From assembly GCA_017609385.1 (NCBI GenBank), contig JAFCEA010000001.1:1-48242 (forward strand): DNA of 48,242 nt, read 5' to 3'. The notes under the pieces are model-generated. The model was given only the letters and a program-made list of their open reading frames with translations, made no database searches and was not told where the DNA came from. Made by a program: the position numbers and the translations under genes. Each line of letters opens with the position of its first letter. The first letter of the stretch is position 1. Below, piece by piece: positions 47,694-48,242 of this stretch. This stretch comes from Candidatus Woesearchaeota archaeon (lineage in GTDB: Archaea > Nanobdellota > Nanobdellia > Woesearchaeales > CG1-02-33-12).

Positions 47694-47885
47694 ATGGAAT
47701 GCAATAAACCAGAAAATCTAAAGAAATGCAACTGCACTTATGAGCCTTGTGAAAGAAAAGGCCTTTGCTGCGAGTGCGTAAGATATCATCTAAGCAGAAA
47801 TGAACTTCCAGCATGCTGCTTTCCAGATGATGCTGAAAAAACATTTGATAGGTCTATAGCTAAGTTTATTGAGATAAACAGCTGA
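47694..47885 (+). CDS. Small cysteine-rich protein (63 aa)
   Basis: Pattern C-x7-CNC-x4-C-x5-CCEC-x13-CC. It starts 10 nt after the upstream stop. Probably metal-binding. Confidence 0.5.
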   Translation: MECNKPENLKKCNCTYEPCERKGLCCECVRYHLSRNELPACCFPDDAEKTFDRSIAKFIEINS

Positions 47886-47888
47886 AAG

Positions 47889-48242
47889 ATGAAAATAATT
47901 AATGTAAAAATAAAAAAAGTTAGTGTTAATTCTTTCTCTGCAAGAGACTATTCTGTTGAACTTGCCATTGATTTTAATGATGGTATTGACAAGCAGATAA
48001 TGAGGCACACTGTAATAGATTATCCAGATATGGTTGCAGAGCATATTTTTAATGACCTCAAGAAAATGGAAAAAAATATTAACATAAAATTTGATGGAGA
48101 GTCTATTTTAGACAGCTATGTTAATGTTGTTATGCAGAACGAGGATGAAGATAAAAAAAAGATAGCAAAGTTTCTCAGCAAAGTCCAGGAAAAGATAAGC
48201 AAGATAAAAAATAAAAGAGTTGTTGAGGGATATATCAACCTG
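47889..48242 (+). CDS. Hypothetical protein, 3'-truncated by the window edge
   Basis: An ATG at 47889 opens a frame that stays open for 118 codons to the end of the window (checked by hand). It is absent from the ORF track because there is no stop. Confidence 0.5.
   Translation, partial: MKIINVKIKKVSVNSFSARDYSVELAIDFNDGIDKQIMRHTVIDYPDMVAEHIFNDLKKMEKNINIKFDGESILDSYVNVVMQNEDEDKKKIAKFLSKVQEKISKIKNKRVVEGYINL

Overview
An AT-rich, tightly packed archaeal window. The informational genes are unmistakably archaeal: P0/P1 stalk proteins, S27ae, S24e, Spt4, Rpo7, Kae1, Taw1, L10e and archaeal-type TIM. Small gene sizes and several bacterial-type genes (FabF/FabH, Lgt, the DnaK system) suggest a DPANN-like, small-genome archaeon; that placement is inference. 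Order of content: (1) a linked rRNA operon, 16S (5'-truncated by the window edge) - tRNA-Ala - 23S, with a ~102-nt insertion in the 16S and an ~87-nt GC-rich intron in the tRNA-Ala T-loop. (2) kae1, the L1-P0-P1 operon and the PIN-rpo7-spt4-S24e-S27ae cluster; P0 and S24e carry long Lys/Glu-rich tails. (3) Bacterial-type fabF and a frameshift-split fabH. (4) Housekeeping genes (nfo, Na+/H+ antiporter, taw1) and a dNTP block (dut-nrdD-redoxin-nrdG plus a Tmk-like kinase). (5) The most unusual feature: a 2.8-kb segment bracketed by perfect 101-bp direct repeats. It carries a tightly coupled operon of nucleotidyltransferase, 2PGK-like kinase, NUDIX hydrolase and Tmk-like kinase, with no recognisable integrase. 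(6) Secreted or membrane proteins with cadherin-like repeats. (7) An enlarged heat-shock operon (hsp20-grpE-YkgJ-orf-DUF3467-dnaK-flavoprotein-dnaJ) with a divergent wHTH regulator and a palindromic operator candidate. (8) A sequon-rich surface protein, sepF, a bacterial-type lgt, tpiA, a pilin-lipoprotein-pilin cluster, L10e, mscS and unknown membrane or Cys-rich proteins. All calls come from reading the sequence and the ORF translations by eye. No searches or folding were run, and coordinates of non-ORF features were hand-counted (+/- 1-2 nt).
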